NCBI RefSeq assembly: GCF_006345805.1
Contig: NC_043005.1
Coordinates: 18,662,001 to 18,726,000 of the forward strand
From: Octopus sinensis
Lineage: Eukaryota
Reading direction: 5' to 3'
Length of the DNA: 64,000 nucleotides
Below the pieces are notes generated by a model, which saw nothing but the letters and a program-made list of their open reading frames with translations, made no database searches and was not told the DNA's origin. Made by a program: the position numbers and the translations under genes. Numbering within the stretch: the stretch's first letter is position 1; each line of letters opens with the position of its first letter. Of this stretch, positions 10,625-22,722 are shown in pieces.

Positions 10625-12534
10625 TCTACTTACCATGCCCAGGAGTTCTAGCTGAGGATACCTAAATCTCTCATTCTTTACCTACATATCCATGATATTT
10701 ACTTTCAGGGAATTGCCTTAAATCATGTCAAAATAATAATCCAGTCCATCTAGCTATCCATTTTCGTTCAAAATAATAATCCAGTTTATCTGGCTGTAAG
10801 AATACGCTCGGTGATTTATTTTTCACTGTTCTTATTTATAGTGAAGAAAACACAGAAGATTTCAGGGTTCGCATAAAAATATGATAGGGACAAAACCTGA
10901 AGTTGAACAACGCATAACTTCGTGGGTGCGTCATAAATTCCCATCGTGTGTTCAATGTCGTGAAATTTGGTATAAGTTCAAGACTACATTGATATATTTC
11001 AGCATTAGACAAACATTTTTTAATAAAATAATAGTATAAGCATAAAACGAGAGCATCGAAAATAGTATATAACGCAAAAATGCTCTTCGTATTTTTTGAG
11101 GGTTATTTCCTTTATGATTCGTTCTATTTTCTAATCGATAAAAGGGGTATTCTCAAAAACTGAAATCGGAGAGATAAAATTTTTGACCAGACAAAAATTG
11201 CACAAACAGAAATTCAGGTTTGATAAGAAAGTAAGCTTAAATTTATATTTATATAAGATTATTTTTTAAATTGATCTCTAATGATTTTGAACTTTATAGT
11301 TTGATGTTACACTAAGATTTCAATAACAATTAAGTTCGTTTTTCAACTTCATAGTTATGGCTTATTTTTCATTTCCCTTTGATTTTTCTGGTCTGTTAAC
11401 CCTTAACTTCCGAAATTACAGTTTATGTCATCTTTACTTTATCAGTCTTAAAATGCACATCGTAGTAAACACTAATTTAAAATCGATATTCCTAGCCTTC
11501 TATTTAGTACATATAGCAAGTGAGGTTGTATTCAAATCACTGTATCTATTATGAATGCAACAGTAGAGAATAGGAAGCTGGAAATGACAGACTGTATGGA
11601 AACATTTCAATGGTAACAGTTGCATCGTATTGGACGGTGTGGTTAAGGTTTGGGAATTTATAAGGTTTAACATTTTAGACTTAATTTGGAATATATTTTA
11701 CATTGTTGTGCATTATTTTGCATCGCTATCGTGATGGCGAATGATTCATTTCGTGAGCTATGAATCGCCACACAGAGAGTGCTATTAAGAGGTCCATAAA
11801 CACTAAAATACTCAGCTAAAGATATCAAAACATATACTCATCTAACTATTGTTAATTACTCAGTTATAGCAGGTAATCCATGTAATCGTAACCAATGCAG
11901 TTTAGATAAACATAACGAGAAACTGCATTACATTAATATCAATTCGAAATATACATGAAATTTGTTACAAAATTAGTATTAGTGACTGTATATCTAGCTT
12001 ATTCTTCAGCATATTGTCGTTTTATTTTGCTCATTATAACAATGGAAGATTAAACGACAGTTGCTTAAAAGATAAAACAAATCATATACAGGACAAAGAG
12101 TACCAAAAAATGAAACGAAACATTCTATAATCTTTCATATACTTCATATTTTCCTTGCAAAATTGTCAGGATTTTGCTTATAAACAAGAACTTTTCTCAA
12201 CGGACTAGCAAAATACGAGCATCTTTGCTAAGAACATGGTAAATATATTAGACAAGTATACGATATGATTTTACGTTTCATATTTTTGCTCTGTTTAGTA
12301 TACGTTCTGTTACGCATCTAATACATTCTTGTACGGCAAAGATACATAAGATTTTTAAGGGAAATAATGTTAATGTTGGGTTTTTTTTTTCTTAGCAAAC
12401 ACAACACTGCTTCCTTAAATATTTAAATAGAAGAATGCTTTCCAACACCATAAAATATAGTTTCTCCTCAAGCATCGACGTCAAAAAGGCGGTGAACTGG
12501 CAGAATCGTTAGCACGCCGGGTAAAATATTTATA

Positions 12535-12705
12535 GGCGTAGGAGTGGCTGTGTGGTAAGTAACTTGCTCACCAACCACATGGTTTCGGGTTCAGTCTCAC
12601 TGCGTGGCACTTTCGGCAAGTGTCTTCTACTATAACCTCGGGCCGACAAAAGCCTTGTGAGTGGATTTGGTAGACGGAAACAGAAAGAAGCCTATCGTAT
12701 ATATG

Positions 12706-12737
<32 letters not shown>

Positions 12738-12971
12738 AGTGTATGTGTGTTTGTGTGTCTGTGTTCCCCCCCTCCCAACATCGACTGATAATCGATGCTG
12801 GTTTGTTTACGTCCCCGAAACTTAGCGGTTCGGCAAAAGAGACCGATAGAATAAGTACTAGGCTTACAAAGAATAAGTCCTGGGGTCGATTTGCACGACT
12901 AAAGGCGGTGCCCCCAGCACGACCACAGTCACATGACTGAAACAAGCAAAAGAGTAAAAGAGTAAAGAGTA
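12535..12971 (+). mobile_element. SINE C, full length (preceded by a SINE D head at 12488-12530)
   Basis: tRNA-like head ggcgtaggagtggctgtgtggtaag, central TA/TG microsatellite and (AAAAGAGT)n tail. More than 10 copies or fragments in the window. Confidence 0.92.
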
Positions 12972-13919
12972 ATTAAAATAGCTGCACCTGCAACGTAAAT
13001 CATTTATTGTCGAGCTAGTATGCCTTTTGCAAATAACATGTGAAACAAAAAGCTGTATAAGGCTCGCTGAAAATTATTTCAGAAGACATTCCCATGACTA
13101 AATATGCATTAACATACCCAGAAAATAACTAATCACATCACATTTCAAATACGTCTGGAGTCTAAAAGTTGTTTAACAATTACTGTGTCGGATATTAAAC
13201 TACATCGTAATAATTCTTTCAGAGTGTTTAAATTTTGACCTCAGAGATGTATAACCACTTTTGCAATTTTGAATCAAAGATCAGAATTCGTGAATATTTG
13301 AGAATAATTCTATCACTAGGCACTAAAAATTTCAGTTTACTAAGATAGTTTACTTTCCTAAATACTGGACATGCTATACCCTAACAGATTTCCACCTATA
13401 AAAAATACACTTCATCACCGTAAAAATGTCATTAACACTTGTCACTCTCTTCGCTATCTATGTATTTTAAATATATAATATTAGTGAAATGAAGATTAAT
13501 ATGCATTTCGCATGCAATTTATTCCGTTTTCTGCAAATAACTATTTGGTAAATATATCTGTGACATATTTCTAAACAATTTCCGGCAACCTGATAAATAT
13601 TTTGATGTTTTGAGAAGATTTTCTGTATATTTTATCATGCTCCTCACGTCTTACGTTTAAGCGATCGGAGGTAAGAATCAAGAAGCTTTAGCTTCGCATA
13701 AAGTATAAAAAAACTTTACTGTATGTATTGAATACTTTTCTTTGCTTACAAATACAAATATCTGTATCAGCCTATCAGATTATCAATCACTCGATTTATG
13801 AATAAATTAATCATCAATCAATCAAGTAATCAATAAATGAAATATTCAATTTTGTTAATCCATTCCTTTGTCTATATATGTAATTCTCTATCTCCCTCTC
13901 TCATATATGTGCGTGTATG

Positions 13920-13950
<31 letters not shown>

Positions 13951-13952
<2 letters not shown>

Positions 13953-14087
13953 GACGGGCTGCTTTCAGTTTCCATCACAAGCCGAAGCTATAGTAGAAGA
14001 CGCTTGCCCAAGGTGCCTCGCAATGAGACTGAACTCGGAACCATGTCGTTGGAAGCAAGCTTGTTACCACAAAACCACGCTTCTGTA
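13951..14087 (-). mobile_element. SINE C 5' fragment, 130 bp upstream of the SLC6 TM12 exon
   Basis: Reverse complement of the head region of 12535-12690. Confidence 0.8.
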
Positions 14088-14216
14088 CATACATATATAT
14101 ATATATATATATATGTATGGAGTTATGTGTGTGTGTATGTTTGTATATGTGTGTGTATGTGCATGTATGTATGTATGCATGTTTTCTTTTACTAACCAAT
14201 GGAGTATATTTTTCAG

Positions 14217-14381
14217 GTGGTGATTATTATCAGCGCAATTTACCAAAAGGGTCTAACTCTCGGTGACTATGTCTACCCAGACTGGGCCAACGGGATTGGC
14301 TGGGCAATCGTTGGTATTTGCATTACATCTATACCCGCATATTTCTTTTATTACCTGTTCAAAAGTCCCTTATTCATAGAG
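14217..14381 (+). CDS. SLC6-family transporter, internal exon (TM12 region)
   Basis: Acceptor tttttcag and donor GAG|gtaagt. 165 nt, phase 0-0, encoding VVIIISAIYQKGLTLGDYVYPDWANGIGWAIVGICITSIPAYFFYYLFKSPLFIE, with the SLC6 YxYPxWAxxxGW motif. In frame with exon 607-707. Confidence 0.95.
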
Positions 14382-15189
14382 GTAAGTAAAATGTTTGGTT
14401 TTTCATGCCTTTTAATAATTATTAATTAATCCAAGAATTGTAATGGAGAGGTCTAAAATATTTTATAGTATTACGACGTCTTTTTACTACCTCATTTTAT
14501 CGGCATTATCTATACGTATCTATCTATGGCATGACTATATGTATATGAATAGTATATATATATATATATATATTTACAATTGATGATAAAATCTTTATAA
14601 GAAATTATCAGTAGTTAGCGTGAAAAACCACGTAAGAGAAGAAATCGTAAATTTTTCCACCTTGAAAATATTTATTTATATTATATTGAGGGTACTACTA
14701 TTCATAGATACCGCACGCTAAGAGGGACCAATGCGGTCAAAACTACTAAAATAAACAAAATTTTACCGAATGCAAAACTTCAAAGCAAGTCACTTAAAAA
14801 AAGAATTTAGTTACATATCACCTGTGATTTCGCAATTAATGCAGAATATGCATTCTATGTTCATCAGTGCAACAAACTCAAGACATATAAGAAAAAACAT
14901 AATTCAACGACTAAGTCCTTCCTTCTCAAAAGTGGTGACCTTGTGCCTGAATTAGAAACCATTATTATTAACATTATATTAATGCATTATTTATGTATTT
15001 ATTTTCGTAAAGATTCTTCTATTGTGAAGTTTTCTCCTCCCCACCCCGCCATCATAGAAGTTCTTCGGAGTTTTCGCTCTTGAAAGAAGTCAACTGAAAG
15101 GCGAGGCATTTCGTTCTATTGTCTCAAGACGGAAAGACGGTAGCCATTAGCTTGTAGATATAGAGAAGGAAGTGGTGTTGTTAGGGTTC

Positions 15190-15223
15190 GGGAAATGGTG
15201 ATAATGTGGTAGTGATGGTGATT

Positions 15224-15275
<52 letters not shown>

Positions 15276-15837
15276 CAGCAGCAGCAACAGCAACAGCAAC
15301 TGCAGCAGTGGCAGCAGTAGTGGTGGTGGTGGTGGTGGTGGTGGTGGTGGTGGTGGTTGTGTGGTGGTGGTGATTGTATTCATAGTAGTAGTGTTGGTGG
15401 TGGTATTTAGTTGCCAGTAAGCTCTGATGGACCTGATCATTCTGTACCTTGCAGTGTTTTCTCTTCCAGGGTCGATGATTTTAATTCGTAAGCTATTTTG
15501 CTACTATTTCTAACAGGACGAGAGATCACTGCCTTTTCGGCTTTTGTAGTGGTGGTTATGATATTCGATATAGTGTGGTGGTAGTGGTGGTGGTGGTGGT
15601 GGCGGCGGTGTTTCTGATGGTCATTATGCATAATGAACACGGACAAATTTCAATTAATAATTAATAGAGAAATATGCTCATAATTTACAGACAAAACGTA
15701 GTCGGTGTCACCGTTACCAACGCAACCATTTGACATCACCACCACCGCTGTCACGCCATTAAAGCAAACACCACAACAACAACAACCATAACTACCACTA
15801 TAGCCAAACCACCACAACTAAAACCGCTGCCACCACC

Positions 15838-15870
<33 letters not shown>

Positions 15871-16789
15871 TATCCGACCCTCGCCACTACCAACACCGCT
15901 AACATCAACCACAACCTTCACAAAAATCGCCACCATCACCCACCATACTACGACCATCATTTCCACCACCACAACTATCGTCTCGACTATTATTAGCACC
16001 ATCACAACCATCACCGCTACCATCGGAGCCATCATCAACACGACCACCACCAAACCACAACCACCAGCACTAACACCACAACCACCATCACTACAACCAC
16101 CACCACCAACAACACCACTACAACCAACACCAGCATCATCACCACAACCACTACCACCATCACTGCCACCACCAACACCACAACCCCCAACCCCACAACC
16201 ACCAACACCACAACCGCCAACACCATCACCACAATGACCTCCACAACAACGAATACGACAACAGTCACAACTACCACCAACACCGCCACCATCACCATCA
16301 CAACCACCACCAACACTACCATCACCACCACAACCACCAACGACACCACCACCAAAACCAACACCACTGCCACCAAAACCAGCAACACTACCGCCACAAC
16401 CACCAACCCCAACCACCACCACCACCGTCACCACCACCGGCACCACCACCACCGCTACCAACACCACCACCACCAACACCAACACCGCCGCCATAAACCA
16501 CCACCACCACGTCTTTTTTTATTATTTTTCCATATCATAGAAGGAATAGTTAGAATGGCATTGCATGTGCTGGCTTCAGAACAATGAAGACAGAATCACA
16601 GAATTCAATGAAGAAATAACAACAACAACAAAATGTCAACAACAAAAAAAAGACAAAGCCACACAAGAAAATACAAAGCACAAAATATCTAAAATGGCGT
16701 TGATGAAAAAAGATGTTATGTAAGAGATAATAGAAATTTTTTGCTGTTGTTTGTTTTATGTTTAGCTTTTGCTTTCCTTCCATTTGTTC

Positions 16790-16831
<42 letters not shown>

Positions 16832-17226
16832 AGGAGGAGGAAGGGGAGGTGGAGTGTTGGAGATGGTAGAGGTCAAGGTGAAGGAGAAGGCAGGAAGAGG
16901 AAAAGGCAGAGGAGGAGGTGACGGCAGAAACGGAGGAGGGGTAGATGGAAGCGTGGTGAGAAGGAGGAGGGGATGGAAAGGGGAGGTGCGGAGGGGATGA
17001 GGAGTTGTGGAGAAGAAGAAGAAGAAGAAGAAGAAGAAAACAACGACGAAGAAGAAGAAGAGAAGAAAAGAAAAGAAGAAGAAGAAGAAGAAGAAGAAGA
17101 AGAAAAGAAAAGAAGAAGAAGAAGAAGAAGAAGAAGAAAGAAAAGAAGAAAAGAAAAGAAAAGAAGAAGAAAAGAAAAGAAAAGAAAAGAAGAAGAAAAG
17201 AAAAGAAAAAGAAAAGAGAAGAAAAG

Positions 17227-17258
<32 letters not shown>

Positions 17259-17370
17259 GAAAAGAAAAAGAAAAGAAGAAGAAAAAAGAAAAGAAGAAGA
17301 AAGAAGAAAAGAAAAGAAAAGAAGAAGAAGAAGAAAAGAAAAGAAAAGAAGAAGAAGAAGAAAAAGAAGA
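15190..17370. repeat. Low-complexity block: (GTA/GGT)n, (CAC/CAA)n, (GTA/GGA)n and (GAA/GAAAA)n arrays
   Basis: Directly visible; it explains the poly-V/T/K/E/R ORFs. Confidence 0.95.
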
Positions 17371-17384
17371 TTTTTGGAAGTCGT

Positions 17385-17543
17385 GTTCAAATTCCGCCGA
17401 GGTCGACTTTGCCTTTCATCTTTTCGGAGTCGATAAATTAAGTACAAGTTACGCACTGGGGTCGATGTAATCGCCTTAATCCGTTTATCTGTCCTTGTTT
17501 GTCCCCTCTATGTTTAACCCCTTGTGGGTAATAAAGAAATATA
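17385..17543 (+). mobile_element. SINE D, 5'-truncated
   Basis: gttcaaattccgccgaggtcgactttg...aataaagaaata matches 29420, 32753 and 58938. Confidence 0.88.
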
Positions 17544-17809
17544 TATACTTTCCAGATTTCTATGTTCTGAGTTCGAATCCCACTGAGCCTCACTTTGCCT
17601 TGGGTTTACTTAGAGTGGGTACATAGACTATCTTCAGGGCTTATCCTATGAGTAGCCTGAATGGGATCCCAGTAGAATTAAAATAGGGAACTTTTAGGAG
17701 AATGAGGAACAAATGGCATACCTACCATAGGGAAGATGAAAATGACACCAAAATAGGAAACCCAGTGAAGAACTTGCAACAGAATTTGCAAAAATTTTTA
17801 TCTTTTAAA

Positions 17810-18114
17810 GGTGCTGGAGTGGCTGTGTGATAAGAAGCTTGCTTCCAACCACATGCTTCCGGGTTCAGTCCCAGTGCGTGGCACTTTGAGCAAGTGTCTT
17901 CTACTATAGCCTCAGGCCCACCAAAGGCTTGTAAGTGGATTTGATAGATGGAAACTGAAAGAAGTCCGTCGTATATGTGTATGTGTGTGTGTGTGTGTAT
18001 TCGTGTGTCTGTTTTTGTTCCCTGCCCAACATCGCTTGTCAACCGATGCTGGTGCATTTACGACCCCGTAACTTAGCGGTTTGGCAAAAGAGCCCAATAG
18101 AATAAGTACTAGGC

Positions 18115-18116
<2 letters not shown>
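17810..18116 (+). mobile_element. SINE C, 3'-truncated at a (TAA)n array
   Basis: Collinear with 12535-12860. Confidence 0.88.
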
Positions 18117-18172
<56 letters not shown>

Positions 18173-18522
18173 GGGGCTGACTGCTACCTAACTCAGATAC
18201 CAGGAAACCCCAAAATGGCAGAAATTCAAAAGATAGTGCTCATGGGAACTGCTCATATCCTACGCAAAATACTTTCTATGTAATCTCAAGGTTTAAATCA
18301 AACAATTTTTATTTATTTATTCAATTTTATTTTTATTTTTATTTATTTATTATTTATTTATTTATTAGACATTCACTAGTACAACACCAAAAAAAACCCC
18401 CAAATATATGGCACAATAGGCATAACAACAACGTGAACTTCCAACCTGTTGTCTCTTGAGGTCTCTGGGTGAGACTTGGAGCCAACTTGTACAAATGTAA
18501 AGCAAACGTCAAACATAGAATT
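18173..18522 (+). mobile_element. 3' end of a restriction-like-endonuclease non-LTR retrotransposon (R4/Dong-like) in (TAA)n
   Basis: GADCYLTQIPGNPKMAEIQKIVLMGTAHILRKILSM* followed by a 3' UTR and (TAA)n. (TAA)n on both sides. Confidence 0.75.
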
Positions 18523-19442
18523 ATAATAATAATAATAAATAGCAACAATAATAAAAGAATAAAAGAATTAATATTTAATTCCGTACGGCAGCAATGAGCC
18601 ACCGAATGCCCAAGACAGAAGGAAAAGAAAAAAATATTACTAAAAAGAGGGGAATTGGTGTACCATAACGGGAGATATGCAATAAGAAGGACTTATAATT
18701 TGATAGTTGATTAAACTGACTATATTATTTCAGAAGGTAAAATTGGTTACAGAATGATTCCAGAATAGAAAATAAATGTTCACAGGCACCTTATTCAAAG
18801 TTTTAACGATTCTACCAAGGCACTGACATAATACTAATAAGGATATAGTAAATCAATACTCTTAAACTTTGCACTAGTGTTATTGTTTAGAACTGCTGAG
18901 CTTTACCAGTAAAGATAGCCGTTTATAGTCAGGCCATTGATAATGTCCCGCCTATAGTTGCTGAATGTGCAACGACTCGTATCATGTATAATTGAGACGC
19001 ATTCTATAATAGCAAACAAAGTAAGCTGGCTGAAAAATGACGGTTTGATCAAATGCCTTCTATTACATGTCCCCTTTGGTCGGGTCAGACCTCGGGCGAT
19101 TCAACAACAGCAATAATAGTAAGAACAACAGCCATATATCTATAGCTATGTGTTGCAGCTTGTTATGCGTTAAATGCGCTACCAATCACGTCATCCCTGA
19201 ATCTCCGATAACCTAGTTAATAATCGTTACATCAGTAAGAAATCGATATATTGAGATATAGAGATTTCTTTCACAGTTCATACACTTTATATTGATTCGC
19301 TTTGTTTATATGTAAACATGTATTCCTCATTGAATCTATGGTTAACTATAATATCAGATAGAAATAACAGAATCCAAGGAAACTAATGGCTGTCAGGGAG
19401 GCAAGCGTTTGTTTTATTGGCAAGCTATAAATATATTTTTAA

Positions 19443-19841
19443 CTAGCAGTATCGCCCGGCGTTGCTCGGGTTTGTGGGGGAAATAACTATATAAGCATTT
19501 TTAGAGATGTAAAGTATAATAGCCATCTCAATATGGCTAACCACAAAGGGAGATGTTGCTGTAGCTTTTTACGTTCTGAGATTTAATAATACATTTTTAG
19601 AGAGTTACTTCCCTTATATAATAGCAAAAAAAATGCATTAAAAATGGGAAAAAATGATGGTAATTTTTTTTTTAATCGTAGACTCATCGTAGACGCGCGC
19701 TAATACCCAGAAGGGCTCGATATGAATCACGACTATAAGATACCCGCTTTTGGTTAAACTGCACCGCAAAATGTGGGAGTAGTTAGGAATCTAAATCGTA
19801 GGAGACAGACACTCACACAACTTCACTTTTATATATAAAGA
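19443..19841 (-). mobile_element. Non-autonomous Helitron
   Basis: On the minus strand: A|TC start, subterminal hairpin cccgagcaacgccggg and CTAG|T end. Near-identical copy at 33500-33892. Confidence 0.85.
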
Positions 19842-19857
19842 TATCGTATATCGTTAG

Positions 19858-20172
19858 GTGGAGGCGCAATGGCCCAGTGGTTAGGGCAGCGGACTCACGG
19901 TCAGATGATCGCGGTTTCGATTCCCAGCCCGGGCGTTATGTGTGTTTATTGAGCGAAAACTCCTAAAGCCCCACGAGGATTCGGCAGGGGTGGTGGCGAC
20001 ACCTGTTGTATTTTTTCGCCCCAACTTTCTCTCACTCTTCCTTCCTGTTTCTTGAGCAATGCTGCGATGGACTGGCGTCTCGTCCAGCTGAGGGGAACAC
20101 ATACACCATAGAAACCGAGAAACCGGCCCCATGAGCCTTGCTAGGCTTGAAAAGGCCGCATAAATATTAAAA
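19858..20172 (+). mobile_element. Chimeric SINE, head A + tail M
   Basis: Head as at 1568; tail gcgatggactggcgtc...gaaaccgagaaaccggccc as at 10306. TSD atatcgttag at 19848-19857 and 20173-20182. Confidence 0.85.
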
Positions 20173-20456
20173 ATATCGTTAGAAGAAGAGTTTGAAACTT
20201 TTCAGAAAAATCCCTCTTCAGAGAGTTCGAAGCTTTTTACTTGGCTTACATTGAAAGAATCGAAATTATAAAGAATTACATAAAAACAGTAAAAAGAATG
20301 CTTTTTTAAATATAATCTATGAAATAAAAGTGGCAGGAGACGGAAACGAAGATATTTTAGGTAAATGTGGTGTCGGTGGTGGAAAAGAAAGTAAGAATGA
20401 GACGAAAGGAGTTGATATTTGCTTTGTGAAAGATGTTTTGAGTTTCAGCAGGGGCT

Positions 20457-20637
20457 ATACTCTTTTACTCTTTTACTTGTTTCAGTCATTTGACTGCGGC
20501 CATGCTGGAGCACTGCCTTTAGTCGAGCAAATCTTCCCCAGGACTTATTCTTTGTAAGCCTAGTACTTATTCTATCGGTCTCTTTTGCCGAACTGCTTAG
20601 TTACTGGGGACGTAAACACACCAGCATCGATTGTCAA
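20457..20637 (-). mobile_element. SINE C 3' half
   Basis: Reverse complement of 12780-12970. Confidence 0.88.
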
Positions 20638-21238
20638 GAGATTGTCAAGATTGTATAGAGGTTTAGTATAGTAAGTTAAAGTTTATTTAAAAGTATAACA
20701 CTTAGAAGCAGACTCGGGGTATAATATAATGTGCAGTTCCTGAAGTGAGTGGTTCAAATTTCTTAATACTATTTTAATTAATTTTAGATGATATATATTC
20801 GAATAGTCCCTTGTTTGCTGTATCTTTTATCCTTTTGTGAGAATTTAGCTCCTAGTATGTCATCACGTGGAAGGAAAAACATTATCAGGCTGTTGCACTT
20901 GTTGTTGCTATGGTCGCTGTGCTTTTGTGGTTGTTTTTCTCGAGATACTGATGTGCATGACACAAATGAATATCGATCTGTATTTAATTAAGTGTCTCTG
21001 TAACGTGAGTTCAAATTCAATCAACCGCATACTGGTAAACTGTTTTGTATACACTTCATAACCGAGAAATTCTATAAAACACAAAGTAGGTACCAGTGAT
21101 GCAATGGGACAATTCAATGAATTATGTAGCCATTTCATACAAAAAGTTGTTGTCTCATATTGTTCACATTTTCTTTTATTTTAAATATTTTTTTCTTTTC
21201 TTGTGTTTAATAATTGTTCTGCTTTTCGTATTTTTCAG

Positions 21239-21385
21239 TCAGTGAAAGCCATTATAACCCCAGCAGCTGATTGGGGACCTTCTCCGGATGCCGCAATAAG
21301 CAGGAAGGCCAAGGTAATCGACCCGTCAACTGTTAGACAAAATAATCTGCAAGGAGTTCAGAACGAAGCTTTCAGTAACTTGTAG
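21239..21385 (+). CDS. SLC6-family transporter, terminal coding exon (cytoplasmic C-tail)
   Basis: Long pyrimidine tract then cag|. Phase 0, encoding SVKAIITPAADWGPSPDAAISRKAKVIDPSTVRQNNLQGVQNEAFSNL*. The PxxDWGP motif is typical after SLC6 TM12. Stop TAG at 21383-21385. Confidence 0.88.
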   Translation, partial: SVKAIITPAADWGPSPDAAISRKAKVIDPSTVRQNNLQGVQNEAFSNL

Positions 21386-21703
21386 TCATCAAATTCGAGC
21401 GTCAACGTAACAGAGATATGGCAGAGAAGATAGTGATATTCATAATGGTATCACTGAGGTGGTTGTTGTTGTTGTTGTTGTAGTTTTACATCAGGTGACC
21501 TCCCCAAAGAGACAGACCCAGAATTAAAATATTCAAGCCATGACGAACATGCTTGTTAGTACTTCGAGGTCTACAGTGCATCTCTTTTGTACAAAAGTCA
21601 TCGAGATATAAACAAAACCCTACACACACAGATATATATATATAAATACATACAAACATACTTACAAACATGCATACATACATACATACATACCTATATA
21701 TAT

Positions 21704-21749
<46 letters not shown>

Positions 21750-21848
21750 GAGGGTAGGAATTAATATTATTAATTAATATTAATTTAAACCAGTCGCTAG
21801 CATATTTAAAAATGTCCGAGGACTATGAATTATATTACATATATATAT

Positions 21849-21992
21849 AAGAGGACAAGGCACCAAGGTGGATTCCTAATGTGCTAGAAGAAGACAACAA
21901 ATCGCCTTACCACAAATAATATGTTCTCAAAACATATTCTTCGTCGTCTTCTTCTAACATATTAGGAATCCATCTTGGTGGCTATTCCTCTT
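21849..21992. mobile_element. Fold-back element/MITE-like inverted repeat between TA runs
   Basis: 21861-21901 pairs with 21940-21980 (36 Watson-Crick, 2 G-U, 3 A-C). Outer aagagga/tcctctt extends the stem. Confidence 0.8.
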
Positions 21993-21993
21993 T

Positions 21994-22052
<59 letters not shown>

Positions 22053-22593
22053 ATATATATATAATATATATATAATATATATACACATATGTATGTATGT
22101 ATGTATGTATGTATGCATGTATGTAGGTATGTATGTATGCACGTACTACATATGTTTGTATGTGTATATGTATGTACTTACTCATATATGTATTAGTGCA
22201 GTTTACCGGAATTGAACTTGTGAAACATGAAATTTCTGGTATTTCATTAACTTCGAATTCTTTTAAACGTTTGATTGTTATTTATTGCTGTTTATTATTG
22301 GCTTTATCTCGTTACATTCCATACATCTGGTACACTCACCGAGCCATTTCCAATCGTCTTTCGCCTCTTTGCAAGACAAGGTGACAATTTCATTGAAAAT
22401 CTTATAGTGACTTTACCAAAGGCACAATATTGTATGCTGATCAACGGGAAGAAGCATCGACGTTTCCTTCTTCAACAGCCACTCTGGTGACAAACAATTC
22501 TAAATTACGTTCCCGTCATCTGTATTTACTAATTCATTATGGTACGATTTATGTTCTTTCTTTTGTTAATTCAGTTATTCCATCGTAAATGTC

Positions 22594-22599
22594 AATAAA
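22594..22599 (+). promoter_or_regulatory. Candidate polyadenylation signal of the SLC6 gene
   Basis: First AATAAA I found after the stop, followed by GT/T-rich sequence. An ATTAAA at 21523-21528 is an alternative. Confidence 0.35.
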
Positions 22600-22684
22600 C
22601 TACGTTTATGTGTACAATTTTTTGACAGGTTTTAATATACGCCTAAAATGCTGAAGTGTATTCTTTGAATTGTCTCATACAATA

Positions 22685-22722
<38 letters not shown>

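Noticed and set aside
11396-11670. piggyBac-like ends (ttaaccctt...aaggtttaa)
   Set aside because: Terminal similarity is too weak beyond a few bases.
14830-14870. CTGATGA...GCGAAA on the minus strand as a hammerhead
   Set aside because: No coherent stem II closure, stem III or NUH in register.
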